Source of the DNA: a plasmid
Direction: 5' to 3' (one strand)
Sequence record: NZ_CP019209.1
Length of the DNA: 64,000 nucleotides
The position numbers and the translations under genes are program-made. Below, one piece after another: positions 1 to 9,365 of the stretch (the stretch's first letter is position 1; every line of letters starts with the position of its first letter). The notes under the pieces were generated by a model. It was given only the letters and a program-made list of their open reading frames with translations. It was not told where the DNA came from and searched no databases.

Positions 1-39
1 AATGCTACATATCAAAAAACACTTTATGAAAATAATTGG

Positions 40-684
40 TTGAAGCAAGAAGCAAAGTATGCAGCACTTCAATATCAAATCGAGCCTCATTTTCTATTTA
101 ATAATTTGGAATTTATTCGAATGACTGCCATATTGAATGATGACGAAGAAATCAGCGACAGTATATATTTATTGAGCAAGTTGTATCGCAATAATACATA
201 TCAGCCCGACATAATTGATTTGAAAGAGGAATTAATTAATATCGACCTCTCCTTGCAACTACATCAACGTCGTTATCGACATAACTTTGACTATCAGCTG
301 ATTGATCATATTGATCAATTAATGTTACCAAAACTTTCTTTACAGCCATTTGTTGAAAATTATATTAAACACGGCTTCGATTCATCAAAAAAGGAAAATC
401 GTTTGACTGTCTATGCAACTGAAACAACCAACCATTATGTGTTAAAAATCGTTGAAAATGGGAAAGGAATGGACCAAGACAAGCTGGAGCATATTCAACA
501 AAAACTTAATGATGATATTCCTTATAGTGAGAATATCGGCATCTCAAATTCTTTTCGACGTATAAAGCATCTCTATCCTGGAGATACACGTTTTGTTATA
601 GAAAGCCAACTACACGTCGGAACAACGATTACTATCAAAATACAAAAAGGGGGGAATATGCATGTTGAGAATTGCAATTGTTGA
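40..684 (+). CDS. Sensor histidine kinase, C-terminal HATPase portion (5' end outside window); YesM-like
   Basis: ORF translation shows a HATPase_c-like region (LQPFVENYIKHG..., VENGKGMD) and overlaps the downstream response regulator start by 23 nt (operon coupling). Confidence 0.7.
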   Translation: MKQEAKYAALQYQIEPHFLFNNLEFIRMTAILNDDEEISDSIYLLSKLYRNNTYQPDIIDLKEELINIDLSLQLHQRRYRHNFDYQLIDHIDQLMLPKLSLQPFVENYIKHGFDSSKKENRLTVYATETTNHYVLKIVENGKGMDQDKLEHIQQKLNDDIPYSENIGISNSFRRIKHLYPGDTRFVIESQLHVGTTITIKIQKGGNMHVENCNC

Positions 685-1390
685 CGATGATTGTACAATT
701 GTAGAAGGCATAAGGCATTATCTTTTGAAGAAAGTCCCCGACATCATTATCGATCACTGCTACACAGACGGAGACGAAGCATTTAAAAACCTGCAAAACC
801 AGCGCTTTGATTTACTTATCACAGATATTACGATGGGGAAAATTTCTGGACTCGAATTAATCGAATCTTTGCAACAAACATCCAATCGCTACTTTACTAG
901 TATTGTCATTAGTGCCCACCAAAATTTTCAGTATGCAAAAAAGGGGATTGATTTATCTATTAAAAGTTACATAACGAAACCCATTGATTTTCCTTATTTA
1001 GTTAAGTTAGTACAAGAAGAAAAAATGCGTAAATCAGCAGCTAATCAAAACTCTCTAACTGATGATTCTTTTAATGAGTCAATTCAACAAGTGATTGATT
1101 ACGTTCAAAACAATTATAGTGAAAAGCTTACGCTCAAAGATGTAGCTACACAATTCCATTACCATCCCGCTTATTTAGGACGGGCCTTCAAAAAAGAAAC
1201 AGGTTATTCCTTTCATGATTACTTGCTAGACTTTCGAATCAAAAGAGCAAGTGCTCTACTGAAAGACACATTCTTATCTATTGATGAAATTAGTCAAAAA
1301 GTAGGAATAGATCACGTGAGCTATTTTTCTGTTCTCTTCAAAAAAACTACTGGACACAGCCCCAGTAATTACCGTAAAAAGCTTCTATAA
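662..1390 (+). CDS. Two-component response regulator, CheY-like receiver plus AraC-type HTH (YesN-like)
   Basis: N-terminal receiver (IAIVDDD...LLITDITMG) and C-terminal AraC HTH (LTLKDVATQFHYHPAYLGRAFKKETGYSFHDYL). Confidence 0.8.
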   Translation: MLRIAIVDDDCTIVEGIRHYLLKKVPDIIIDHCYTDGDEAFKNLQNQRFDLLITDITMGKISGLELIESLQQTSNRYFTSIVISAHQNFQYAKKGIDLSIKSYITKPIDFPYLVKLVQEEKMRKSAANQNSLTDDSFNESIQQVIDYVQNNYSEKLTLKDVATQFHYHPAYLGRAFKKETGYSFHDYLLDFRIKRASALLKDTFLSIDEISQKVGIDHVSYFSVLFKKTTGHSPSNYRKKLL

Positions 1391-1738
1391 TTTCTCAGAC
1401 GTGTTCATCTTCTAGTTATACTTATACAACAAGGAGCCATTGAAAAGTGGTGATTTTTGGCTATTAACCATTTAATGATGGTAGAGAAAAATACATTAGA
1501 ATATTTAATCAGATCCAGTTGAGCATAACGCATAGGATTTTCCTTATGTCTTCAACCCCCGCTGAGGTTGAGGAATATGGAAAAAACTACTATGCAAGTC
1601 GAGTGCAAAAATGGCGCTGAACTATTTAACTGAAATGAAAAAGGCTATTTTAGAAGATAGAATAAATGGATGTAGTTATTTAAATAGGCTCTTCGTCAAA
1701 TCGTGTTGGTGAAGACAAATTTGAATAAAACTTAGTCC

Positions 1739-1776
1739 GATATGCGGCGCGTTCTGTGCGCCGCATATTTTTTTAG
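1739..1776 (+). terminator. Intrinsic terminator hairpin (11-bp perfect stem atatgcggcgc/gcgccgcatat followed by T7) lying inside the ISL3 end
   Basis: Seen directly: ccgatatgcggcgcgttctgtgcgccgcatattttttt. Confidence 0.5.
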
Positions 1777-3047
1777 TTTTCAAAGATCAGACCTTGTTGT
1801 AAATAGATCCGTGCCCGAAAGTTATAAAAGTTGCGATAACCAAACGCAATTCGTTTAATCAGCTTGATCTTGTTATTCAGCCCCTCAGTGACGCCGTTTG
1901 AGTGGGACACCTTAAAGGCATTTGAAATACCCGATTGGTAGCAATGGAAGATCGTGAATTTCTTTTTAAACGACTGAGGTAACGTAGATGAAATTGTTTT
2001 AAGGGTTTCTTGAAAGCCTTCCGTACCTCGTTTAACGAAATAATAGCGTAATAATTGACAAAAATGATACGCAGTTCGCAATTCTTCGTTGTAGCTTAAC
2101 AGCTCATCAACGATTTCTGTTTGACTAATTGGTCGTTTAAACAGTCGATGATAATGCCGTTTGAGTGGCTCCCATGTCGTGGAATCTTTGAGTAAGAGTT
2201 TCCAATATCGCTTGAGCCGACGGTACTTCTTCTGATTTTCAGAGTGTGAGGTTCGAAAACGATTCATGATCTGGACACGTAATTGATTGAAGCTGCGATT
2301 GATGTGTTGGACAATATGAAAGCGGTCAGTTACGATCTCCGCATTTGGAAAGACTGTTTTAAGCAACTGACAATAGCTGGCATTCATGTCCATCACTAGG
2401 TACTTGACCTTTAAACGGGCTTTTCTAGGAAAGTGCAGGAAGTATTGAGTTAGTTTGTAAAGTCTGCGATCTTCAAGGATCGTAAATAGCTGATGGGTTG
2501 TCCCATCAACACAAATAAAACTCATGGAACCAGAAACAGACTTCATTGATTTGAACTCATCCATACACAACACCGTCGGAAGGAAGTTCATACGTGACTG
2601 GTAATGCTTCGTTGCTTCACGCAAGATCCGTGTCACCGTCCCATCCGAGACGAAGTACTTCTTAGCGATTAGTTTACGTGATTGATTTTCGTACAGTTCC
2701 ATGAGAATTGCCTGCTTCAGTTCCTTTGTTAGTTGATGATGTTCATCAACTAAGTCCGTTTTCGCAGAAAAGGTCCTTCCACAATCATGGCAGAGAAAAC
2801 GGGTACGTTTTAATTCTAAAATAGTTAACTTTTCTTTGACTTTCAATATCTGAGTGCGTGTCGTATAGGAACCGTTGCGGATAATACGAACCGATCGACA
2901 GTGTTCACAATAGGAAGGAGAGTCATCCAATTTTCCTTTAATAAACTGCGCTTGAACGCCTTTATATTCTTTTTCAATCAGCCATTCTTCATCAAAAAAT
3001 AAATGTTTATCTGTTAATCCGAGTAATTTTCTAGTATGATTATCCAT
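1773..3047 (-). CDS. ISL3-family transposase (424 aa)
   Basis: N-terminal LLGL motif and zinc-finger-like CxxC pairs, long DDE region typical of ISL3 transposases. Confidence 0.85.
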   Translation of the reverse strand: MDNHTRKLLGLTDKHLFFDEEWLIEKEYKGVQAQFIKGKLDDSPSYCEHCRSVRIIRNGSYTTRTQILKVKEKLTILELKRTRFLCHDCGRTFSAKTDLVDEHHQLTKELKQAILMELYENQSRKLIAKKYFVSDGTVTRILREATKHYQSRMNFLPTVLCMDEFKSMKSVSGSMSFICVDGTTHQLFTILEDRRLYKLTQYFLHFPRKARLKVKYLVMDMNASYCQLLKTVFPNAEIVTDRFHIVQHINRSFNQLRVQIMNRFRTSHSENQKKYRRLKRYWKLLLKDSTTWEPLKRHYHRLFKRPISQTEIVDELLSYNEELRTAYHFCQLLRYYFVKRGTEGFQETLKTISSTLPQSFKKKFTIFHCYQSGISNAFKVSHSNGVTEGLNNKIKLIKRIAFGYRNFYNFRARIYLQQGLIFEN

Positions 3048-3259
3048 TGAGAGACTCCTTTGGTAGGATGACGTTTTGGTCGACTAAATTTTACCAAAAG
3101 TGAGTCTCTTTTTGAGTTGAAACGAAGAAAAAGTGTTAGTAGAAAATCGCCTTCGATTTTCCACCAACACAAAATATTATAGAAGCAAAATCAATTCTAC
3201 CTTAGATGTTCTTATATCACTCTATCAGTCCTATTTGACAAAGAGCCAAGAAAAAGACG

Positions 3260-4462
3260 TTGGTCGTCGATGCTGTTCTCTCGCCTACTCCTCGTGCTTG
3301 TAGAAGTTGTGGTTCTACTGTGGTAGATGGAAACGGGAAAGCAATTATAGTGAAAAATGGGAAGAAGGAAACGATTGTCCGTTTTGAACAATACAATCAT
3401 ATGCCTTTGGTTACGCGCCTAAAAAAGCAACGCTATACCTGTAAAAACTGTCGTACCCATTGGACGGCTCAAAGTTATTTTGTCCGACTCAGCCATTCAA
3501 TCGCAGATCATGTTCGATATAAAATTGCTTCTTTACTGACTGAAAAAGTATCTTTGTCTTTTATTGCGAAAAGTTGTCAGGTATCTTTGACTACCGTTAC
3601 TCGTACATTGAAAGAGTTTAAAAGCTATTTACCAAAGCCTTCTAAGAAGATTCTCCCCAGAGTATTGATGGTTGATGAATTTCGTTCGCACGCTTCCATA
3701 GAAGATAAAATGAGCTTTATTTGCGCAGATGGTGAAACAGGAAACTTAATTGCTGTCTTGCCTACGCGTAAATTACCTCGATTAACAAGCTATTTCTTAG
3801 GCTGCACCAATCCAGAAGAAGTAGAATTCTTAGTCACAGACATGAACGCCGCTTACTTCCAGCTTACCAAACGTGTTCTGCCAAATGCGAAAGTAGTGAT
3901 TGATCGGTTTCATATTGTCAAACACATGAATCAGGCACTCAATGAGTTGCGTATCCGTGAAATGAATGAGCTTCGTAAAGCAGGACAGAAAAGTCAGGCA
4001 GAAAAACTGAAAAAGAACTGGCGCTTTCTGCTAAAAAATCGTGCAAGCATCAACCATTATGAGTACAAAACATGGAAAAGTTTCCGAGCACCAAAATACC
4101 CATTTCTCACTGAAGCAATGATGATTGATCGATTGCTTGAGTTTTCTGCGCCTCTAAAGGAGGCGTATCCCTTTTTTCATGAATTAGTCGAAGCCTTTCG
4201 AGACAAAGACCCTGACTTATTTTTCTCCTTATTGGCAGAACTTCCCGAAACGTTAGATGACGGCTTTCGGGAGAAGCTTCAAAACCTTCTGACCTATGAA
4301 GAAGGTATCACCAGCGCAATGATCTATCCTTATTCCAATGGAAAAATTGAAGCGAAGAATACCCACATAAAGACAATGAAACGAGTATCCTACGGATTTA
4401 AATCATTCGAGAACATGAGAATTAGAATCTTTTTGATCAATCAATTAATCAATGTAAGATAA
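3260..4462 (+). CDS. ISL3-family transposase, N-terminally truncated (400 aa)
   Basis: Homologous to the copy 1 transposase (CRSCGS / CEHCRS zinc-finger alignment) and lacks the N-terminal LLGL segment. Confidence 0.8.
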   Translation: MVVDAVLSPTPRACRSCGSTVVDGNGKAIIVKNGKKETIVRFEQYNHMPLVTRLKKQRYTCKNCRTHWTAQSYFVRLSHSIADHVRYKIASLLTEKVSLSFIAKSCQVSLTTVTRTLKEFKSYLPKPSKKILPRVLMVDEFRSHASIEDKMSFICADGETGNLIAVLPTRKLPRLTSYFLGCTNPEEVEFLVTDMNAAYFQLTKRVLPNAKVVIDRFHIVKHMNQALNELRIREMNELRKAGQKSQAEKLKKNWRFLLKNRASINHYEYKTWKSFRAPKYPFLTEAMMIDRLLEFSAPLKEAYPFFHELVEAFRDKDPDLFFSLLAELPETLDDGFREKLQNLLTYEEGITSAMIYPYSNGKIEAKNTHIKTMKRVSYGFKSFENMRIRIFLINQLINVR

Positions 4463-4464
4463 CA

Positions 4465-4624
4465 AAAAATCTGAACCAGAATGTGGTTCATTCTGACCCG
4501 GATTTGATTTTGCACAACTCATCAGTCCTTATTGACAAAGAGCCAAAAATCTGAGCCAGAATGAGGTTCATTCTGACCCAGATTTGATTTTGTACAACCC
4601 ATCAGTCCTTATTGACAAAGAGCC
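4465..4624. repeat. Two tandem 80-bp direct repeats, each containing a hairpin (cagaatg.ggttcattctg) and the ISL3 right IR
   Basis: 4465-4544 and 4545-4624 are near-identical (about 6 mismatches). Confidence 0.85.
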
Positions 4625-4640
4625 CTTCTTTTTAGTATTA

Positions 4641-4991
4641 TTATAATTCTTCCATGCGTTCTTCCAGTCGCTGTAAATCGCTTGGACTTAATTCCCCAAT
4701 TTTTTTCCATTTGACCTTTTTGTTGTTTTTGGGTAATTCGTTTAGAGTTCCTACGTCAATCCAAGATTCTTTTTTTAGTCCTGCCTGTTTCCAATCCCTT
4801 ATTTCAACGTATTTCAGCTTTATTTTATCGGATTTAGTATGATATTTTGAAGTAATTGACAGAAACGAAATTGTGTCCAGTCCATTTTTTAGAATATAGA
4901 CAGGCCGGCGTTTACCGCCCTCTGCAGCTGTGAAAGCAACGTAGACGGTTGCTATATCATTAGTATTCATCTTCATTGAACCATTCTTCAA
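4641..4991 (-). CDS. Type II toxin, PemK/MazF-like
   Basis: About 110 aa; GGKRRPVYIL and ITS motifs resemble the MazF fold. Located immediately downstream of, and overlapping, a RelB/DinJ-like antitoxin gene. Confidence 0.5.
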   Translation of the reverse strand: MKNGSMKMNTNDIATVYVAFTAAEGGKRRPVYILKNGLDTISFLSITSKYHTKSDKIKLKYVEIRDWKQAGLKKESWIDVGTLNELPKNNKKVKWKKIGELSPSDLQRLEERMEEL

Positions 4992-5232
4992 TTTTTTCGT
5001 CAGTGTCTAGTTTTTGGACAGGCAATTTTTCCGCTAATCTTTGAATATTATGGATTCGTTTACTTTTTTCCGACAATTCAATAGAAAATGGGATTTTTCC
5101 TTGCTCAACAATTTGCTTATAAAAAACGGTGACGGCTGTTTTGGGGCTCATGCCTAGTTCATCAATAATGCTTTCTGCTTCATTTTTCAATTTTTCGTCC
5201 ATAGAAATTTGTAACTTAGCCATTTTCTCCAC
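4960..5232 (-). CDS. Type II antitoxin, RelB/DinJ family
   Basis: MAKLQISMDEKLKNEAE...GMSPKTAVTVFYKQIVEQGKIPF is the characteristic RelB/DinJ N-terminal ribbon-helix region; overlaps the toxin start. Confidence 0.65.
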   Translation of the reverse strand: MEKMAKLQISMDEKLKNEAESIIDELGMSPKTAVTVFYKQIVEQGKIPFSIELSEKSKRIHNIQRLAEKLPVQKLDTDEKIEEWFNEDEY

Positions 5233-5682
5233 CTCTTTCTGACAAACACATTATATCACGGAAAGAGTTCAAATGGAATTAATACAACTACTTTTGAACT
5301 CCTTGAAATGCAGTGTATTTATCTAAATATAAGGAAAGGATATAGTGCTAAATGGCCTTGATAGATAGAAAAGTTTCAAAATCCGCCACAGCGATAATTG
5401 AAGCGAACACTCAACGACACACAGAACAGGAAAAGACTCCTAAAAGAACCAAATTAACTAGGACGTGTCTGAAAACTCCACAAAGATGTGGTATGCTCTG
5501 GTAAAAAACGAATGGCACAACCACGAAGACCGATATGGTTCTTGGAAAACTTTCTCCACCCTTTTTGTAATTGGAGGGATAGTGGTTTATTGATAGCGAT
5601 TTTCCAAGTTCTTCAAGTGGAACCAGACATTGAGCACCACGGCTAAAAAGTGAATGAAGTCTTTATTTTTAATCAATAATTT

Positions 5683-6507
5683 TTAATGATTACCAGTAAT
5701 TGGTTTTTTCATGCGCCCTATTTCTATTTGATGTGGAGTTAAATAATGCTGATAAGTAAAAATTTTTCCGTCAATTAAACTGCCACTAGTGAATCCTGTT
5801 CTATTGGTAAAAAGAGAATAGTCTGGGTATTCATCTACACCAAATGATAAAGATTCAGCCATAAACTGTTTTTTACCAGCAAATTCAGCACTGCTACCTT
5901 GATGGATATGTCCTACAAAAATACCTAAAATATCACTTTCGGCAATCAATTCAGCAAAACCTTCCGGAACTTCAGTTACAATAGATGGATCTTCCCACGA
6001 CAATGGATGATGAACCAATAAAATCGTTCCCTTTTCAGCAGGTGTACCCAACCACTCTTGTAATTGAATCATCTGTCCTATCGATATTTTTCCTTCGTGC
6101 TGGGTATCTTGAGCAGAATCCAAGGAAATAATTCGTAACCCATTTTGATTCGTACAATGGATATACTCTCCCGTTTCATTGCTTTCAACACTCATTCCTT
6201 CAAAGAAAACACTGCGACGATCATGATTCCCACGACAAAAATAGTAAGGTGTGGTTGGGAAATATTGATCCAACATTTTCCGTAAGACTTGATAATCAGA
6301 AATCCCCCCTTCATGTACTAAATCACCTGTTAATAGAATAAAATCGTACACTGTTAACGAGAGTTCTTGTAACAATTTTTCCAATGCCAACTGTGGATTT
6401 TTAATTGTTGGAAATAGTTCAGCAGTAAACAAGTTAGTTTGATAGTTTTCTCTAAAATGGATATCAGAGAGATGCAAAAAGCGCATGGCTATTCCCTCTT
6501 TCTTCAA
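5683..6507 (-). CDS. Calcineurin-like metallophosphoesterase (phosphodiesterase)
   Basis: Motifs LHLSDIHF, GDLVHEG, GNHD. Last gene of the ABC uptake operon. Confidence 0.7.
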   Translation of the reverse strand: MKKEGIAMRFLHLSDIHFRENYQTNLFTAELFPTIKNPQLALEKLLQELSLTVYDFILLTGDLVHEGGISDYQVLRKMLDQYFPTTPYYFCRGNHDRRSVFFEGMSVESNETGEYIHCTNQNGLRIISLDSAQDTQHEGKISIGQMIQLQEWLGTPAEKGTILLVHHPLSWEDPSIVTEVPEGFAELIAESDILGIFVGHIHQGSSAEFAGKKQFMAESLSFGVDEYPDYSLFTNRTGFTSGSLIDGKIFTYQHYLTPHQIEIGRMKKPITGNH

Positions 6508-7588
6508 TAAAATAATCAGGATATCCTAAATTTTCTTGCGTCTGATAATCAAAAAAATGCATTCTTTCAGGTTCTATGCGGAGATTGACTGCATCACCAA
6601 TCTGCCAAGTAGGTTTTTCATTAAGGACAATCATTTCTATACCATCGACTTTAACGGTGTACGCATAACTTTGACCTAATAGCTCACGATACTTCACTTG
6701 ACCGTGTAAATCGCTTGTTTCTTTTGAAAAGGTTACGTGTTCTGGTCTTATGCCTAAATACAATGAGCCACTAACCTGAAGAAGTTGTTTTTGCCAAGCT
6801 GGATTCAATGTTAAAAATTGACTGGCTACCTTTAATGTTCCTTGATCATAAGTAACTGGCATAATATTCATGCCTGGCGAACCAATAAAATTTGCAGTAA
6901 AAGTATTTTTAGGTTTCGTATAAACATTTTTCGGCGTATCAATCATCTGAATTCTACCTTCATTCAATAAAACAATCCGGTCAGCTAACGTCATCGCTTC
7001 AATTTGATCATGAGTGACGTAGACAAAAGTTTGTTTATAACGTTGATGAATTTTTACCAATTCTTTTCGTGCATCCAATCGTAAACGCACATCCAAATTT
7101 GATAACGGTTCATCTAATAAAAAATAATTACTCCGTTTAACCACCGCACGAGCCAATGCTACACGCTGCCGTTGCCCTCCTGACAAATCTTTAGGAAGTC
7201 GATCTTGGTATGGCGTTAAACCTAACATCTTCAAAGCTTCTTCCAAACGGTGCTGAATGTCAGCTGTCTTAATTTTATTCGCCCTTAATGCAAAAATAAT
7301 ATTCTCCTTTACAGTCATGTGAGGATATAAAGCATAATTTTGAAAAACCATTGCGATCTCTCGTTCTCCACAAGGTAGCTTATTTGCTAGTTGTGTACCT
7401 AAAAAAAGCTCTCCACTCGTAATTTTTTCCAAACCAGCAATCATTCTCAGCAAAGTAGATTTTCCTGAACCAGATGGTCCCAGTAACACAATTCGTTCTC
7501 CAGCGGCCACAGCTAAATCAATTTCTTTTAAAATGGTATGTTCTCCATATTTTTTTCCGATATTTCTTAATTCAAGCGTTTCTCCCAT
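6464..7588 (-). CDS. ABC transporter ATP-binding protein, UgpC/MalK type with C-terminal TOBE domain
   Basis: Walker A GPSGSGKST, signature LSGGQRQR, Walker B LLDEPLSNLD. Confidence 0.85.
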   Translation of the reverse strand: MGETLELRNIGKKYGEHTILKEIDLAVAAGERIVLLGPSGSGKSTLLRMIAGLEKITSGELFLGTQLANKLPCGEREIAMVFQNYALYPHMTVKENIIFALRANKIKTADIQHRLEEALKMLGLTPYQDRLPKDLSGGQRQRVALARAVVKRSNYFLLDEPLSNLDVRLRLDARKELVKIHQRYKQTFVYVTHDQIEAMTLADRIVLLNEGRIQMIDTPKNVYTKPKNTFTANFIGSPGMNIMPVTYDQGTLKVASQFLTLNPAWQKQLLQVSGSLYLGIRPEHVTFSKETSDLHGQVKYRELLGQSYAYTVKVDGIEMIVLNEKPTWQIGDAVNLRIEPERMHFFDYQTQENLGYPDYFIEERGNSHALFASL

Positions 7589-7603
7589 GATTTGTCCTCC
7601 AAT

Positions 7604-8440
7604 TTATTTAATACCTGCAGAAACAAAAGTCCCGATAATATATTTTTGAAAAATTGCATACAAGACTAACGGTACAAACATTGTAATTAAACTAATCGCC
7701 ATTGCTACGGTAAAATTTGTCCCACCTTCAGAACTAATATAGGTCTGCATCGCCAACGGCAAAGTATAATTATCTACTGTCCGTAAAATTAATACCGGCC
7801 AAACATACTCATTCCAAGAGGTAATAAAAAACCAAATACCGGTAGAAGTAATCGCATGTCTAGTAAGAGGAAAAACAATTTTACTCATGACGGTTGTTTG
7901 TTTGATGTTATCCAATGCCGCCACATCTAGAAGGCTCACTGGAATTTCCCGCATTGTTTGCGTCAATAAAAAAATGCCCATCGCATCAGCAAATTGTGGT
8001 ATTATCACACCCCAAGTAGTATCAATTAAATTAAGTTTTGCAATCAACAAATAATTAGGAATCATCGCAACAGTAAAAGGAATGAACATCGTACCAATGA
8101 TGATAAAGTACCAGATTTTCTTCCCTTTGATTCGGCAATAAGTAAAACTATATGCCGCAAAAAAAGCTACGCCTAACTTAACAACCGTTATAATTGTAGC
8201 AATAAAAAAAGTATTTCTCGTAATTTTGATAATTGGAAGATTTTCGAACAAATAGCAAAAATTTTCCAAGGTAAACGGCTGTGGTATCAAACTAGTAATC
8301 GTCTGATAGGCATCTTTCAATGGCTTAAAAGAATTGGCCATAATAAACAATAATGGATAGATAATAATGATTATGATGAACATAAATAAGAGATGTGGCA
8401 ACCAGCGTTTAATTTTCATAGTAAACCCCCTTTTCCACAA
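7604..8440 (-). CDS. Carbohydrate/glycerol-phosphate-type ABC permease (UgpE/MalG-like)
   Basis: Multi-TM hydrophobic protein positioned as the second permease. Confidence 0.75.
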   Translation of the reverse strand: MWKRGFTMKIKRWLPHLLFMFIIIIIIYPLLFIMANSFKPLKDAYQTITSLIPQPFTLENFCYLFENLPIIKITRNTFFIATIITVVKLGVAFFAAYSFTYCRIKGKKIWYFIIIGTMFIPFTVAMIPNYLLIAKLNLIDTTWGVIIPQFADAMGIFLLTQTMREIPVSLLDVAALDNIKQTTVMSKIVFPLTRHAITSTGIWFFITSWNEYVWPVLILRTVDNYTLPLAMQTYISSEGGTNFTVAMAISLITMFVPLVLYAIFQKYIIGTFVSAGIK

Positions 8441-9299
8441 ATTTAAATATTACCCCTAAGAAAACAGCAAATATTAATAAAGTTAAAACTGAAATTGCTG
8501 AAGATTCTCCGACTTTATACATTTCAAAAGCCTTTTGATAAGCATAATAGATCACGTTTGCACTACCATTATTCGGTCCACCACGAGTGATGATCTTAAT
8601 CGGAGTAAACACATACTGCAGACCTTGAACAATGGTCATCACCAATAAATATAGTCCTGTCGAACTACTCATAGGCAACACAATTGTAAAAAAAATGCGC
8701 CAGATGGGTACACGATCCAACTTAGCTGCTTCGATCATCTCTTGATCAATTCCCACAATTGCTGCAAAAATGACAATGAAATTATAACCAAAAACTTTCC
8801 AAGCAGTAATACCTGCAATCACAGCAATTACCCAACCTTGTAAATTCATCCACATAGGCAGTCTTAAACCAAAATTTCCCAACAAGACAGCAATTGGTCC
8901 CGATACCGGATTTAATATCCATGTAAAAACCATCCCCGCCACTACCAAAGAAATCACAGCTGGAATAAAAAATAATGGTTTATACAAATTCTGCCCTTTT
9001 TCTATAACTATTCCTAATAAAAAGGATGTAATATATGGGAACACACAGCTCAGCAAGACAAATAGAACGGTATAGGACAAAGTATTCTTCAACACTTTAT
9101 GAAAGACTGGATCAGTCAGCACCTTTACATAGTTGGCAAAGCCAACAAATTCTTTAGTGGGGGCCACCATATTCCAGTCAAAAAAACTCAAATAGATCGT
9201 ATAAATCAATGGATAAAAAACAAACACGCCCAACAAAATAATTGCTGGCGCCAGATACAAATAACCTACATAGCGCTTCATTTCCGACAGCCTCCTCAT
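8409..9299 (-). CDS. ABC permease (UgpA/MalF-like)
   Basis: Multi-TM protein overlapping the downstream permease start; operon position. Confidence 0.75.
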   Translation of the reverse strand: MRRLSEMKRYVGYLYLAPAIILLGVFVFYPLIYTIYLSFFDWNMVAPTKEFVGFANYVKVLTDPVFHKVLKNTLSYTVLFVLLSCVFPYITSFLLGIVIEKGQNLYKPLFFIPAVISLVVAGMVFTWILNPVSGPIAVLLGNFGLRLPMWMNLQGWVIAVIAGITAWKVFGYNFIVIFAAIVGIDQEMIEAAKLDRVPIWRIFFTIVLPMSSSTGLYLLVMTIVQGLQYVFTPIKIITRGGPNNGSANVIYYAYQKAFEMYKVGESSAISVLTLLIFAVFLGVIFKFVEKGVYYEN

Positions 9300-9365
9300 C
9301 CTTATGTCAAAAGCAGACGACCTTGTTTTTCCTTTCTTACAGGCGCTGTCGTCTGCTTGCTTTGC

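Larger units (their letters stand above)
1687..3247 (-). mobile_element. ISL3-family insertion sequence, copy 1 (about 1.56 kb)
   Basis: Terminal inverted repeats GGCTCTTCGTCAAAT at 1687 and reverse complement GGCTCTTTGTCAAAT ending 3247. Single transposase ORF; hairpin between transposase stop and IR. Confidence 0.7.
3248..4624 (+). mobile_element. Second ISL3-family element, 5'-truncated (lacks left IR and about 35 N-terminal codons), right end tandemly duplicated
   Basis: Transposase aligns to copy 1 from about residue 36 onward. Right IR ...ATTGACAAAGAGCC is present twice (ends 4544 and 4624); no GGCTCTT left IR after 3247. Confidence 0.6.

Noticed and set aside
3212-3400. 62-aa minus-strand ORF across the ISL3 copy 1 / copy 2 junction
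   Set aside because: Overlaps the IR and the start of the second ISL3 transposase on the opposite strand; no start context; serine/threonine-rich low-complexity translation.
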